The notes beneath the pieces were generated by a model that searched no databases, was not told where the DNA came from, and was given only the letters and a program-made list of their open reading frames with translations. The translations under genes and the position numbers were made by a program. From contig NC_043018.1 in the NCBI RefSeq assembly GCF_006345805.1, positions 930,001 to 994,000 on the forward strand: a stretch of 64,000 bases of DNA, read 5' to 3'. Each line of letters starts with the position of its first letter. Position 1 is the stretch's first letter. This document shows positions 26,445 to 41,123 of the stretch, piece after piece. Source of the stretch: Octopus sinensis (taxonomy: Eukaryota).

Positions 26445-27115
26445 TTGGGCTGTGAAATTACTGTCAATCACTACGGCCTTGTAGCGATGATGATGATGAT
26501 TAAAATGATGATGAAGGTAATGGAAGTGAGGTGAGGGCGGAGTTGGCGTTGATGATGATGATGGTGGTGCTGGTGGTGGTGGCAAAAGTTGGGCGGTGAA
26601 ATTACTGTCAATCACTACGGCCTTGTAGCGATGATGATGATGATTAAAATGATGATGAAGGTAATGGAAGTGAGGTGAGGGCGGAGTTGGCGTTGATGAT
26701 GATGATGGTGGTGCTGGTGGTGGTGGCAAAAGTTGGGCGGTGAAATTACTGTCAATCACTACGTTCTTGTAGCGATGATGATGATGATTAAAATGATGAT
26801 GAAGATAATGGAAGTGAGGTGAGGGCGGAGTTGGCGTTGATGATGATGATGGTGGTGCTGGTGGTGGTGGTGGCAAAAGTTGGGCGGTGAAATTACTGTC
26901 AATCACTACGGCCTTGTAGCGATGATGATGATGTGATAAAATGATGATGAAGGTAATGGAAGTGAGGTGAGGGCGGAGTTGGCGTTGATGATGATGATGG
27001 TGGTGCTGGTGGTGGTGGCAAAAGTTGGGCGGTGAAATTACTGTCAATCACTACGTTCTTGTAGCGATGATGATGATGATTAAAATGATGATGAAGGTAA
27101 TGGAAGTGAGGTGGC
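26445..27115. repeat. Minisatellite, about 4.6 copies of a 144-147 bp unit
   Basis: GAAATTACTGTCAATCACTAC recurs at 26454, 26598, 26742, 26889 and 27034. Confidence 0.97.
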
Positions 27116-27574
27116 ATTGATGATGATGATGGTGGTGCTGCTGGTGATGATGAGACGATAATGATGATTGTGGCGATGGTGTTGACGGTGGTATGATACT
27201 GATCATGATGAGGAAGATGACGAAGAGGTTGCCGATGATGATGATGACGTCAACGACGGAAGACAATATGATGATGACGACGACGACGACGACGACGGTT
27301 GGCATGAATATATTCTGTCCCCTGTAAACAATGCCCAGGAGTTCATGAGGGACGATACCAGTGATGATACACGCCGTCATGTTGCCCTGATATTCCTTAT
27401 GCTAATGATGATGTTGATGAACACAAACTCATGAGAACTTTCGGCTATGAAACAATAATTTGAACAGGAAAGCGAAAGTAGATATCTGTACGGAGCATGC
27501 GCGATTTACGCGACATGCACAAGCATATACAAAAATGCATATAAATATACGTATGTTTATTTGTATACATTTCT

Positions 27575-27780
27575 TTCTTTTACTTGTTTCAGTCATTTTA
27601 CTGCGACCATGCTGGAGCACTGCATTTAGTCGAACATATTGGCCCCAAGACTTATACTATGTAAGCCTAATGCTTATTCCATCGGCCCCTTTTTGCCGAA
27701 ACGCTCAGTGACGTTGTCGAAAACACACCAACATCAGTTGTCAAGCTATGGTGCGAGGACAAGAGACAGATACAAAAATG
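27575..27780 (-). mobile_element. SINE family S1 3' half, diverged
   Basis: TACTTGTTTCAGTCATTT...CCATGCTGGAGCAC tail motif; a similar tail fragment lies at 3297-3362. Confidence 0.8.
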
Positions 27781-27781
27781 C

Positions 27782-27839
<58 letters not shown>

Positions 27840-28207
27840 TATATATGCATATATATGTAATGTACATATATGTATATAGTACTTGATGGATGTATATATA
27901 GTGGCTTACATAGCGTTCAAAAAGATTGCTTAACTGTTGTACTATTACAAACCAAATCAAACAAATTCTCTAAAGGAATGATTATCAATTTGATTTGGAA
28001 TGGAATATTCTATCTAAATTATTTCCGTATGGTGAAGGTAAATCTTTTTTGTTCGACCTGTAACGATGAAATGTATTTCATCCAGTTCACAAAGAATCTT
28101 CTTGTAAACACGTTTAAAGAACGCGTTTATCGTTGCAAACATTGGCAAAACCATACCTTTAGTCCTATAAGTGATTTCTACCAGTCTCTAAAATTCGACC
28201 TTTATCT

Positions 28208-28596
28208 CTCTACTCTTTTTTACTCTTTTACTTGTTTCAGTCATTTGACTACGGCCATGCTGGAGCACCGCCTTTAGTCGAGCAAATCGACCCCGGGACT
28301 TATTCTTTGTAAGCCCAGTACTTATTCTATCGGTCTCTTTTGCCGAACCGCAAAGTGACGGGGACGTAAACACACTAGCATCGGTTGTCAAGCAATGCTA
28401 CGGAGACAAACACAGACACGCAGACACATACACACACATACATATATATATATATATACATATATACGACAGGCTTCTTTCAGTTTCCGTCTACCAAATC
28501 CACTCGCAAGGCATTTTGCCCAAGATGTCACGCGGTGAGACTGAACCCGGAACCATGTGGTTGGTTACCAAGCTACTTACCACACAGCCACTCCTG
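28208..28596 (-). mobile_element. SINE family S1 with small internal deletion
   Basis: Matches S1 head (CACACAGCCACTCC on plus strand) and tail. Confidence 0.9.
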
Positions 28597-29063
28597 TCTT
28601 CTTACATTTCACTTCCGCTATATGTATCTATTCCCATACCATTAACCTTTATTCCTATTCACCTATCTCACTATACCTCTGCACTTTTAATTTTCTGCTA
28701 ATTTCTTTCTTTCTCCTTCTGTTTCTATAAATTTCCTTTGACGCTATATATATATATATTAACGTTTTTATTTTTTTTAATAACATTATAGCATTCCCTT
28801 CATCATATATGCAGTAATGACATTCGGTTAACATGTCTTATTGATGCGTTTTGTTTCTCTTTATTCCTCTGATGAGAAAATTGCATTTACATAATTTTAT
28901 TCCTTCTGGAACAATGCCAATGTTTTCTTCGAGACATATGTTCAAATTATAAAGATTTGAATAACAACTATGTTTAACTCTCTCTCTCACTAACTTCTCT
29001 CTCTCTCTCCCTCTCTCTCCCTCCCTCTCTCTCCCTCCCTCTCTCTCGCTCTCTCTCTTTCTT

Positions 29064-29796
<733 letters not shown>

Positions 29797-29822
29797 ATAT
29801 ATATATTTATACAAATATTTAT

Positions 29823-29853
<31 letters not shown>

Positions 29854-29907
29854 TTATACAATGATTCAAACCGAGTCAATATATATATATACAAAATGAT
29901 TCAAAAT

Positions 29908-30198
<291 letters not shown>

Positions 30199-30556
30199 TA
30201 TATTATATATATATATATATATATTAGTCATTTAAAGTACACATACATGTTAAATGCTACAATATCTTCATATGTTGAGAACTATCTCAAACATAATAAT
30301 CAGACACAAACCACGTAACCAACTAAAAAGCATTGAATAAGAGAAGAAACACAAAGACGCTGAGAATTCAGCAAATGACAAACGCAGGAGGTTAAAAATA
30401 CGGGAAACGAGAACAGAAACTGAAATGTAAAAAGTAAAAGAAAAAAAAAAAAAGTATTTTCTTCCTTAAACATTAATTTATAAGACTGGAAAGATATCAA
30501 CAATTTAATCAGGAACAAGCAGAATTTTGCAATTCTTCAAAATATAATTATACATA

Positions 30557-30670
30557 CAGGCGCAGGAGTGAGTTTGTGGTAAATGGCTCGCTAACCAACC
30601 ACATGGTTCCGGGTTCAGTCCCACTGCGTGACAACTCGGGCAAGGAACCATTTCCTTATGATGTAACTAT
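30557..30670 (+). mobile_element. SINE family S1 5' part, cut off by a family A copy
   Basis: AGGCGCAGGAGTG...GGTTCCGGGTTCAGTCCCACTGCGTG. Confidence 0.85.
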
Positions 30671-30674
30671 ATAT

Positions 30675-30880
30675 GTGACCTCGTGAGTACCGCTGGCGAT
30701 TTTTTTCCTCTGTCTTCCCTTCTCGGTATCTTCCTCCTTCTCCTATGTTTCCGACGAAGAGCTCCGCTCGAAACGTTAGACCTCCTTTCTTCCCTTCTTT
30801 CCTGAGCGTCCCAATAATCTTTATTTGTTCCACGTCCTCGCGTTGTTGTTTTTTTTTTGTGTTTTCTTGTTTGGATTAAC
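30675..30880 (+). mobile_element. HHR-bearing repeat family A; motif at 30747-30781
   Basis: GTTT-CCGACGA-A-GAGC-TCC-GCTC-GAAA-CGTT-AGAC: U4 changed to C, stems intact; ends at (TA)n. Confidence 0.8.
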
Positions 30881-30914
30881 TTTATATATATAATCTATAT
30901 ATATATATATTATA

Positions 30915-30947
<33 letters not shown>

Positions 30948-31652
30948 GCAGAAGAAAACGATTATATGTCCGTATGTGTGTGTGTGTATGATTCGCTTCG
31001 CCTATAAACCCTACAAGTTTACAAGTTCCTGACTACACACCTGCAACGCAGCACCATCAACCATGACGTAAGCAAACACGATTGGAGCAATCATATTTTG
31101 CAAGAATACAATAAGTATTTTCAATAGAATTTGAGGTATTAAATAATGTAACGGAACAGATACATCCAACCTAGAAACCTAGCCAGCAGTGAAAGAACGT
31201 CCAAACATTGAACATCCAATACACCAATGTCTGATTGGATATATTTATGCCGTTGGCTACTATGTCAGTTGTTTCACTTCCATTCTCTCTGTTCAATTCA
31301 TATTTGTATATATATCTATCTTTCTTTATCTGCCTCTCTGTCTGTGTGACTCTCTCTCACCACACACACACATACACATATATATATATACACAACACAC
31401 CTATATATATATGTATAAAAGTATATATACACACATACATATATATATATACATATATATATATACATTATATATATATATACACACATAAATATGTGTA
31501 TGTATATATATGTATATGCATATATACATATATGTATTTATGTATATACACATAACTATGTGTATGTATATATATGTACATGCATATATATATATACATA
31601 CATATGTGTATGGCGAGAGAGATACATACACACGCGCACACACACCACAGAC

Positions 31653-31747
<95 letters not shown>

Positions 31748-32171
31748 GTGTGTGTGTATAAAATTTCATCGTATAACATTGCTCGGGGTCATATTACATT
31801 TCATATTAGGAGTTTGCTGGTATGACTTTAGACATGGGTTGAACGTTTATAATATCAAGGGTCAAAACTTTAACCAGTAGCAATCATTATCCATTTATTT
31901 GTTTGTATACTTTTTTTCTTTTTATTTATATAGGGACCATCTCTTCCTAAGTGTTTTTTGATATAATTATTTATTGATAGAAAAACTGTATGGAACTTTT
32001 ACCGAACTATTTTCCTCCAGTTATTTGAACTCACACAAACTTTAGCTCTATTGTTTGGAATTGAATATAGTGTAAACACTAGTATAACAATTCGAAGCTT
32101 ATTGTGAATGGAAATGAAATAAATACACAAAAAAAATCAATATAATAAAACTTCATAATAATAACGATAGC

Positions 32172-32198
32172 AGAAGAAGTAGTAGTAGTAGTAGTAGT

Positions 32199-32273
<75 letters not shown>

Positions 32274-32330
32274 AATTAGTAGTAGAATTAGTAGTAGAAT
32301 TAGTAGTAGAATTAGTAGTAGTAGTAGAAT

Positions 32331-32365
<35 letters not shown>

Positions 32366-32366
32366 A
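32172..32366. repeat. (TAG)n microsatellite with AGTAGAATT higher-order interruptions
   Basis: Read directly from sequence. Confidence 0.97.
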
Positions 32367-32699
32367 ACGATGCTCATAAATAAAAAAAAACACTGAATTT
32401 GTGCGACAAGTTTTCGATAACATTCGGTCTTTGTTATTCATTCTGTTATGATATCAAGAAATTATATTTAAATGGATGTAATGGTGCAGGTTTGTACAAA
32501 TCGTGTTGCTGTATTGTAGCCGCAGGTCATCCCAGGTGGATGGTTGTCTGTAGCGTTACATCAAATCAGGATAACCTCGACTGAGAACGCTTATGATCTA
32601 AGTCTCACCGACAGTTATATTCCTATAATTTTATTGGAAACTGGGGTTATATTTTCTAATGTATCCTATTTTTTTTTAAACACAGTATCGCGTCAGTAT

Positions 32700-33060
32700 G
32701 ATCGGTTGTTCTCTAAGCTGCTGCTACTGTGTTCAAACACCTGTCTCGTGATTGCAGTTTATTTCCCGTTACTGTTTTCTTGTTTGCTACTTAATGTCGA
32801 TTCTGATGTTTCTTTGTGTAATTCCTCCCTGTGTTGTGGGTTTCAATATTTCTGGTAGCATTTGGTAATAGTACTGGAATATGTAGTGTGACTGGGATAT
32901 TTGTGACATTGCTACACTTGATATATCTTAAGGCTAAAGAAATGCTAAACAAAATGATTTGAAGTGATATTGATTTGAAGTGATACGGATGAAGTTTCCA
33001 GTTCTGGACTTCTTGGAGGCATTCGTAGGGCTGCTATTTGGTTTCCTTTACCTTTTCAGT
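32700..33060 (-). mobile_element. Possible decayed Penelope-like RT-thumb remnant
   Basis: Minus strand LHPYHFKS..FCLAF, loosely like the PLE HP.H.K.SIP..LALR motif; weak. Confidence 0.3.
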
Positions 33061-33086
33061 AAGGGTGTTATAGATAACAATTAAAA

Positions 33087-33358
33087 GGCAGCGAGCTTGC
33101 AGAATCAACTTAATCCGTTTATCTGTCCTTGTTTCACCCCTCTGTGTGTAGCCCCTTGTGGGCAGTAAAGAAATAGGTATTTCGTCTCCCGCTACGTTCA
33201 GAGTTCAAATTCTGTCGAGGTCGAGTTTGACTTTCATTCTTTCGGCGTCGATTAAGTAAGTATCAGTTGAAATGGTGTCGATGTCATCGAATTAATCCCT
33301 TTGTCTGTCCTTGTTTGTCTCCTCTATGTTTAGCCCCTTGTGAGCAATAAAGAAATAA
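33087..33358 (+). mobile_element. SINE family S2, rearranged
   Basis: GGCAGCGAGCTTGCAGAATC head joined to a tail unit, then a second unit. Confidence 0.85.
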
Positions 33359-33485
33359 AACAATAGATCACGATTAAAAACATCCTGATCCTGGTCGTAA
33401 AGTTTGTTTACAATATTTAAGGAATATGGTTGTGGAAGGATTTTGCTTCGCTCACCGAGTGACTAAAGGTGGACAGACTCATTAT

Positions 33486-33868
33486 TGGAAGCACTCCGTC
33501 GGTTACGACGCCGAGGGTTCCAGTTGATCCGATCAACGGAACAGCCTGCTCGTGAAATTAACGTGTAAGTGGCTGAGCACTCCACAGACACGTGTACCCT
33601 TAACGTAGTTCTCGGGGATATTCAGCGTCACACAGAGAGTGACAAGGCCGGCCCTTTGAAATACAGGTACAACAGAATCAGGAAGTAAGTGTGAGAGAAA
33701 GTTGTGGTGAATGAGTACAGCAGGGATCACCACCATCCCCTGCCGGAGCCTCGTGGAGCTTTAGGTGTTTTCGCTCAATAAACACTCACAACGCCCGGTC
33801 TGGGAATCGAAACCGCGATCCTACGACCGCGAGTCCGCTGCCCTAACCACTGGGCCATTGCGCCTCCA
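33486..33868 (-). mobile_element. tRNA(Arg)-like SINE family S3
   Basis: Near-identical to 20134-20518. Confidence 0.88.
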
Positions 33869-34411
33869 CACTCATTATTATAAAGTAAAGAAATGTGACC
33901 GATTGGCACTTCGGTTTGGTAAGCGGTTCACTGTGAGCCGTTCATACAGAGCGTTGATTCTCGTGTAGTAGTAATAGTAGCGTATCGTGTAAATACTTTC
34001 TTTGCGCCTGTTTCGATATATCATATATCCGACATTCAAGGGTAAAAAAAAATATGGTGGTTGTAGTATAAGTGTATGCGCTGTAAAGGCGCGTTGCTGC
34101 ATTCACCTGACGAATGGCACCTTTACACCGCTTGAGCGACAAGGATCCAGCACATGGGTCTCTTTTCGGGAGTCGTTGCTGGTGACGGCTTACAAGGTCA
34201 GTGTGCAAATCCTGCCGCGACATTTTTAGTCGGAGGAAACACTCGGAGGAAACACTGCGTCGCTACAAGAAGAACGTGAAATGAAGGGTTTTGATCTAGA
34301 ACACTACATGCCAGGAAGTGAGGAACTTAAACTCACTGCCTGGTACGGCCTAAGTGCATCATGAGAGCCCCTGCCAGGTACTGCATCATGGCATTATTAC
34401 TACTACAACTA

Positions 34412-35390
34412 GTCGGCGAGCTGGCAGAAATGTTAGCGCGCCAGACGAAATGCTTAGCGGTATTTCGTCTGTCGTTACGTTCTGAGTTCAAATTCCGCCG
34501 AGGTCGACTTTGCCTTTCATCCTCTCGGGGTCGATAAATAAAGTACCAGTTTCGCACTGGGGTCGATGTAATCGACTTAATCCGTTTGTCTGTCCTTGTT
34601 TGTCCCCTCTATGTTTAGCCCCTATGTGGGTAGTAAAGAAATAATTATTACTACTACAACTACTACTGTTATTATTATTATTAGAAGTTGGATAAGTATT
34701 CGTAGTATTAGTATTATTGTTAATGTTATTATTGTGGTAACGATCTTTCGGAATCTTTACCGCACACGAAACATGATTTTCAGTATTTCTTCCGTTCTTA
34801 CGTTCTGAGATTAGATTCTGCCGTGGTCATCCTATCTTACCTTCCTTCGCAGTCAATAAAAAAAAACGTACCAGATGTGCACAGGGGTCGATGCAATCGA
34901 CTTACACCTCCAATAAAATTTCAGGCTTAGTGCCAATAGCAGAAAAAAGATTATTATCATTATTGAGGTGGTCAGCTGGCAGAAGCGTTAGCACGACGGA
35001 TAAAATGCTAAGCTCTATTTTCGTTTGTCGTAAATACCAATTCCACAGATGTCGACTTTGCCTTTCAACATTTCGGAGCCGATATCATAAGTACCTGTCG
35101 AAAACCGGGGGCAATATAGTCGACTGCTCCCTCATCCAAAATTGTTGGTCGTCTACCAAAATTCGAAAACGTCAGTAAGACATCGAACTGGCAGAATCGT
35201 TAACTCACCTGAAAACATGCTTAGCTGCATTTTCTCTAAATTTACGTTCTGGGTTCTAATAACACCGTGGTCGACTCTGTCTTTCATCGCTTCGAAATCG
35301 ATACAATATTATCCAGTCGGGCAATGGGTTCCACCTAATAGAATTACGCCCTCCAAAATTTCCAACCCTTCTGCCTATAATAGAAAAAAT
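34412..35390 (+). mobile_element. Cluster of about four same-orientation S2 SINE copies of differing age
   Basis: Heads at about 34412, 34972 and 35185, plus a tail fragment at 34830-34950. Confidence 0.8.
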
Positions 35391-35743
35391 TGTTACGGAA
35401 GATATCCCTGCTGTTGCAAGTAGTATGGGCTATAGTATAAAGGGTATCACCATTCGTATTAACGTTACTATTGCATTATAGCCGACTTTAGTGATAGTCT
35501 TTCATGTAATCTATAATGCTTTATGTCATTGTTAATAGTATAGAAGTTTACAAACAGTTGTTTTGGTGTTAGAGGTACTTGTCTTGGTGTTGGTTCCGTA
35601 GCCATTCGCGTTGTTATCGTTGCCGACGCTGTGTGACTATTGTTGTTGCTTTCGTTGAATGTCGTTCTTTGATGTAACAGTTAGTATTGGAGTTTTGCAT
35701 CGGTTCTCTTGCTGAGCGTACACAGGTTGCGAGCCACCTGCCG

Positions 35744-35812
<69 letters not shown>

Positions 35813-36137
35813 AGTTACTATAATACTTCATACTATAGACTTTCCTAATATCCAGTACAAAGTTATAAACTGACCCATGCATCAAACACTATTAACTAAA
35901 CTACATAGAAACATAATATTTATTATGATGAAATACGAATGATACAATTGTATCTGATTTCATACTTCACCTTTAGTACAATGGTCATTGTGACAGACCT
36001 GCCCTAGCAATACCCAATGAGGACTTTCAGAATCGAGAAGAAGAAAGCGATACAAAGAGGGGTCATAAAGCAGTGAAACAGGAAAACTTTTCATTTCATT
36101 TTATGGTGAAGAATAGAACCACAAGGAATTCCATACA

Positions 36138-36420
36138 GCACACACATACATACATACATACATAATACATACATACATACATACGTACATACATACGTAC
36201 ATACATACATACACACATACACGAACACACATACATGCATACATACATACATACATACATACATACATACATACAACATACATACTACATACATACATAC
36301 ATACATACGTACATACATACGTACATACATACATACACACATACACGAACACACATACATGCATACATACATACATACATACATACATACATACATACAT
36401 ACATACATACATGCATACAT
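36138..36420. repeat. (CATA)n microsatellite with internal duplicated block
   Basis: Read directly; ACACATACACGAACACACATACATGCATAC occurs twice. Confidence 0.95.
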
Positions 36421-36600
36421 TCATACATATACGAACACAGAAACATACATACACGCAAATATACAGATAGACAAACACATCAAAAGCACGTTTATGTGTG
36501 GAGGTAGGGTTGTGGGAGTATGTTTTGTGTTTGTACGCATGTTTCTGTGTAGTCGAGTTTTTAAGAGATTTTGCCTGAAGCATATATACGTATATATATA

Positions 36601-36650
<50 letters not shown>

Positions 36651-36724
36651 TATATATACATATATATATACATATGTATATATATATATATATAATACAT
36701 ATATATATACATATGTATATATAC

Positions 36725-36759
<35 letters not shown>

Positions 36760-36776
36760 CATATGTATATATATAC

Positions 36777-36812
<36 letters not shown>

Positions 36813-37827
36813 GAATATCTATCTACATGTATCTGCGTGCGTGTGTTTGTGTGTATGTATCTATGTGAGTGCATGCACGCATGCGTCAGTGTATATGTTT
36901 TCCGTAACGAAAAGTTATTTATCTTACAACATTACTTTCACAATCGACTGTTCTCGTTTCCACTTTGTTCGCACACTACATCCATATATATATAAATATA
37001 TACACATGCATACATTTATACTATCATATACACATATATGCATATATATAAATACACACAAACTTATATATTTATATATATATCGGTACACATGATATTT
37101 TTTTGTATTGTAATCCTTTTATTCTTTCAGCTCGGCAAAGTCGGTAAATAAGAGAAAATGGACTAAACACCGATAGCAATTTTTTTGTCTCTCCATATGT
37201 ATGTATGTATACATATATGTCTATGTGTGCCTGTAGATACATGTATATACGCCGGCCAAAGGGAAAAAAGAACTTCAAACTTAGGAAGATTAAACTATCG
37301 GCAATTTACTGTTCGCGTTTCGTTTATTTGACAATAAATTGTTAATAACAGGAAGAAAATGGGAGAGAGAAACAAATTATTTGACAACCTTTGCCTCCAC
37401 AAGAAGGATGTGTCTGGGATTGCGTGCGTCAAATGATGACGATGACGTTGTGATGACGATGATGATGATGATGACGATGATGATGATGATGCGGTGGTTG
37501 TTGCTACAGTAATTTCCACTGATATTGCTGCTGCTGATGATGGTAATAATGGCACTGATATTTCTGGTTATTGAGCGTTATAACGATGCTTGTACTGCTT
37601 ATAGTTTCGATACTCGTCTTTATAATGGTAAGGTCTGTATAACGGAACGGTAGATGTTTCAATTTTAGTCGTGTTTCCATTATCTTTACGTCGATTCTGT
37701 TATACATACAGATATTCATACACACAATCACACACACACACACACACATAAAGATATATAGATAAATACACATATATCCATATGTGTGTGCGCATGTGTG
37801 TATATATATATATATATATATATGTGT

Positions 37828-37862
<35 letters not shown>

Positions 37863-38319
37863 CATGTATTTAGACATATATATATTTATATTTATATTTA
37901 TATATATATCTATGCATGCAAGCATACATATATATATATATATATATAATCCCTACAGATTGGTTTGTTTGTGGGTTTTTTTTTATTTCAAAACATTTAA
38001 CAAAATGTGCTTCAGAAGTAAGTTTATAGATTTTAGTATTATAGAAGATGGAAGTGCTAAGTGTAAACCAGATTAATAAAAGATTATCAATATATACATA
38101 TTTGTTGTCGATCTCTTATTACATTTGTCTTGGTTGGAGTAAATGTGTTTCTTTTGTGCTATGAATACTCCGGTCACACACAGACAGAACATACGTAGTT
38201 GCATATAGGCATTTACAATTACAAATACACACAGAAAATATACGATCTGAAATATGTATAGAGACATACAAGTTAACAACGCTTCAATGGTTTTGAAGCT
38301 ATGTTGGCCAGCAGCAAAC

Positions 38320-38520
38320 GAAAAAGCGAAGCGCCATTTCTTTTTGATGATGATTCGGAGGTGATGGGTTTAGTAGCATGATAGGATAACTGTGTGGCCA
38401 ACAAAACGGACTACAAAAGAGATTTAAGTACCATTTCTACAGAATTACAATGGGATGAATGCTTCAATTGAATAATGAAATGTATTTGGCTGAGATAGAA
38501 GTATACCAGTGTCGAAATGT
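38320..38520 (+). mobile_element. Possible decayed mariner transposase C-terminus
   Basis: FDDDSEVMGLVA*...MKCIWLR*KYTSVE, loosely like the mariner F.S.EEV...W.KC....Y.E terminus. Confidence 0.3.
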
Positions 38521-38557
38521 TTCAGTTTAAACGACTGGGTATATATGTATGTGTGAC

Positions 38558-38596
<39 letters not shown>

Positions 38597-38711
38597 AAGA
38601 GAGAAAGAAAGAGAGAGAGAAAAAGAGTATGTGTATGTGTGTTTGTGCATCGGTTTATGTGAATGGGGCGTTCCAAAACGGTTTTTTTATGCATTTAACC
38701 CCAACTTATAG

Positions 38712-39232
38712 TTAAGTTAAGTTAAGTTAAGTTAATTTTTTGGCTCAAAAAGCAAAAAGCAAGGCCATGTAGGGGGACATGGAGTTATGTACAGGGAGGA
38801 TGTTCATGCAAAGAGTTCTGGCCATTTCTGTTCAAGAGAGACTTTGAACCGAGCGGTCGCCGGCATCTTCAATATCTCGTCCGCCAGCTTATTCCACGGA
38901 TCCGCAACCCGAACGGAGAAAGCCCCTCTCCTTCGATTGAGAGGAAATCGTCGCAGATAGAGCTTTTCGGAGTGACCCCGCAGCCCACGCTCCGGAGCAG
39001 GAGTAAAAAACAGCTCTTTCGAGAGGTTACACTTTCCGCTTACGATGTTGTGAGCAAGAATGAGATCACCACGGCATCGTCGTTTTTCTAGAGAATAAAG
39101 GTCGAGCGTCTTCAACCTTTCTTCATAAGACAAATGGTTGAGACCAAGAACCATGCGGGTAGCCAGCTTCTGGACTCTTTCGAGATGATGTATGTCTTTG
39201 AGGAGTTAAGGAGAGGTGGCTTGAATCCCGTA
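38712..39232 (-). mobile_element. CR1-clade LINE 3' end with (TAACT)n tail, 5'-truncated
   Basis: [56 protein letters not shown]...LRGHSEKL...AFSVRVADPWNKL...FKVSLEQKW; (GTTAA)n at about 38712-38735. Confidence 0.92.
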
Positions 39233-40411
39233 TGTGTCATTTCCGTCTGTATGTTCAAGGTGTGTGTGATTTCTGACAGTAGACATCAGCAAGTAGGTTT
39301 CCATTCCTGTTTTAGTGTGGTTGAGTGTGTTTCTCTGTTTTTCTGTATGTGTTTGTGTGTTACCTTCGTGAGTGTACGTTTTTATGTCTTACAAAATGCA
39401 TGAGGAAATGCATCCTTGTATATATATATATATATATATATATGTATTCTCTAAGCGGAGGAGGGCTTGAATCATGGCTCACTGCCTAGACTCCGTCAAA
39501 ACCGTCTAGGATCAACAGTTGGTATTAAACCAGTCTTCAGGTGAACCTTCCCTCCCAATAAAATACATGCGCCAATTTGCGTCACTTCCTCAGTCGCATA
39601 TTTCCGCTGCTGACGCATTGGTGAAAGTTATATTGCCAATCGGATCGAAAATACAGTGTTCATAAATCCACCCGTTTTGTTTTTGTTTGATTTTTTTTTC
39701 TGTAAGAAATATACCTTTGGAAATTAGATTCATGAGATATGGCAAGGTGTGAATTAAGGCAGATATTTTGCTGTTTTAAGCAGTTTAATTTGTTGAGTAA
39801 AAGCTATTTGTTGAATAGAAAATTATCTTACTCGATATTTCAAACGAGATATCATGTGGTTGACATATCTTCAAGTTATATCCCCTGACACGCCCTCCAC
39901 ATGAAATTCCTTCGTCTGAGTAGATCACACATTTAAGCTTTTGATGTGAAGCGCACATATATCTCTGATCCCGAGGGAGAATTATCAAAGTTATCACAGC
40001 CGTAACTATTCCAATCTGCCCTGTAGGGTAGGGAATGCAAAAACGGTATTCAAATTTTCACCTTCTGAAACAAAAGATGACTTCACAGAATTTAACAACT
40101 TTTTCTAGCAAGCTGTGCGACCTCATTTAAGTGCGTACGATGGCTCAGTTAATCAATTGATGCACGGGAGGTGAAGAAACGAATTAGCCACCGGCCAGCG
40201 CTGATCAAGGAATAATTGAGAAACATAAGACATATTTTCTTAATTCTGCAGAAGTACGACAGACATTTAAACAAGGTCGAGCGAGGGTGTTTTTGTCAGT
40301 CGGTTAATCAAAGCAGCAATGCTATTCGCAGTGTTAGGTAACATTATCCGTACTATTACTTTATTACCTTCCAGTTTTGAGAATGGTCATTCCTGTCCTA
40401 ATCGTGTATAT

Positions 40412-40822
40412 TTCTTTACTACCCACAAGGGGCTAAACACAGAGCGGACAAACAAAGACAGACAAACGGATTCAGTCGGTTACATCGACCCCAGTGCGTA
40501 AATGGTACTTAAATTATCGACCCCGAAAGGATGAAAAGCAAATTCGACCTCGGCGGAATTTGAACCCATAACGTCACGGCAGAAGAAAAACGTATTTCTT
40601 TTATTACCCACAAGGGGCTAAACACAGAGGGGACAAACAAGGACATACATAGGTATTAGGTCGATTACATCGACCCCAGTGCGTAACTGGTATTTATTTA
40701 ATCGACCCCGAAAGAATGAAAAGCAAAGTCGACCTCGGCGGAATTTGAACCCAGAACGTAACGGCAGACGAAATACAGCTACGCATTTTGCCCGGCGTGC
40801 TAACGTTTCTGCCAGCTCGCCG
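40412..40822 (-). mobile_element. SINE family S2, two units
   Basis: S2 head at about 40822 and a duplicated body. Confidence 0.9.
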
Positions 40823-41123
40823 CCGCCTTATTTCCTGTCCTAATCGTATAATTTATTGTTTCCAGTTTCAATTATACATACCTGTCAAACTATCATAAAA
40901 ACGTAAACGCACGCAGGACACACACACACACACACACACGCAAACACACACACACACGCACACACACACACGCACACACACAAACACACACACAACTCTC
41001 ACACCCATATTTCTACTTTTCTTTGTGCCTGTTTGTCTCTCTATAAATTTATCTACCTCTCTACATATCTGTCTGTCTGTCTGTCTATCTGTCTCTGTCT
41101 ATCTTAAAAATCTGTCTGTTAAG

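Noticed and set aside
26070-27047. 325-aa His/Pro-rich ORF suggestive of a structural protein
   Set aside because: It lies wholly in the minisatellite and (TG)n tract, no splice or UTR context is evident, and stop-poor repeats give open frames by default.
26445-27115. CRISPR-like array
   Set aside because: Whole units repeat with no unique spacers, and the context is eukaryotic with no cas genes.
31020-31200. Possible PLE endonuclease remnant
   Set aside because: Resemblance is too weak; no GIY-YIG motif is recoverable.
39650-40036. Possible mariner-type MITE (TACAG...CTGTA)
   Set aside because: Ends match only over 5 bp, so there is no real TIR pair.
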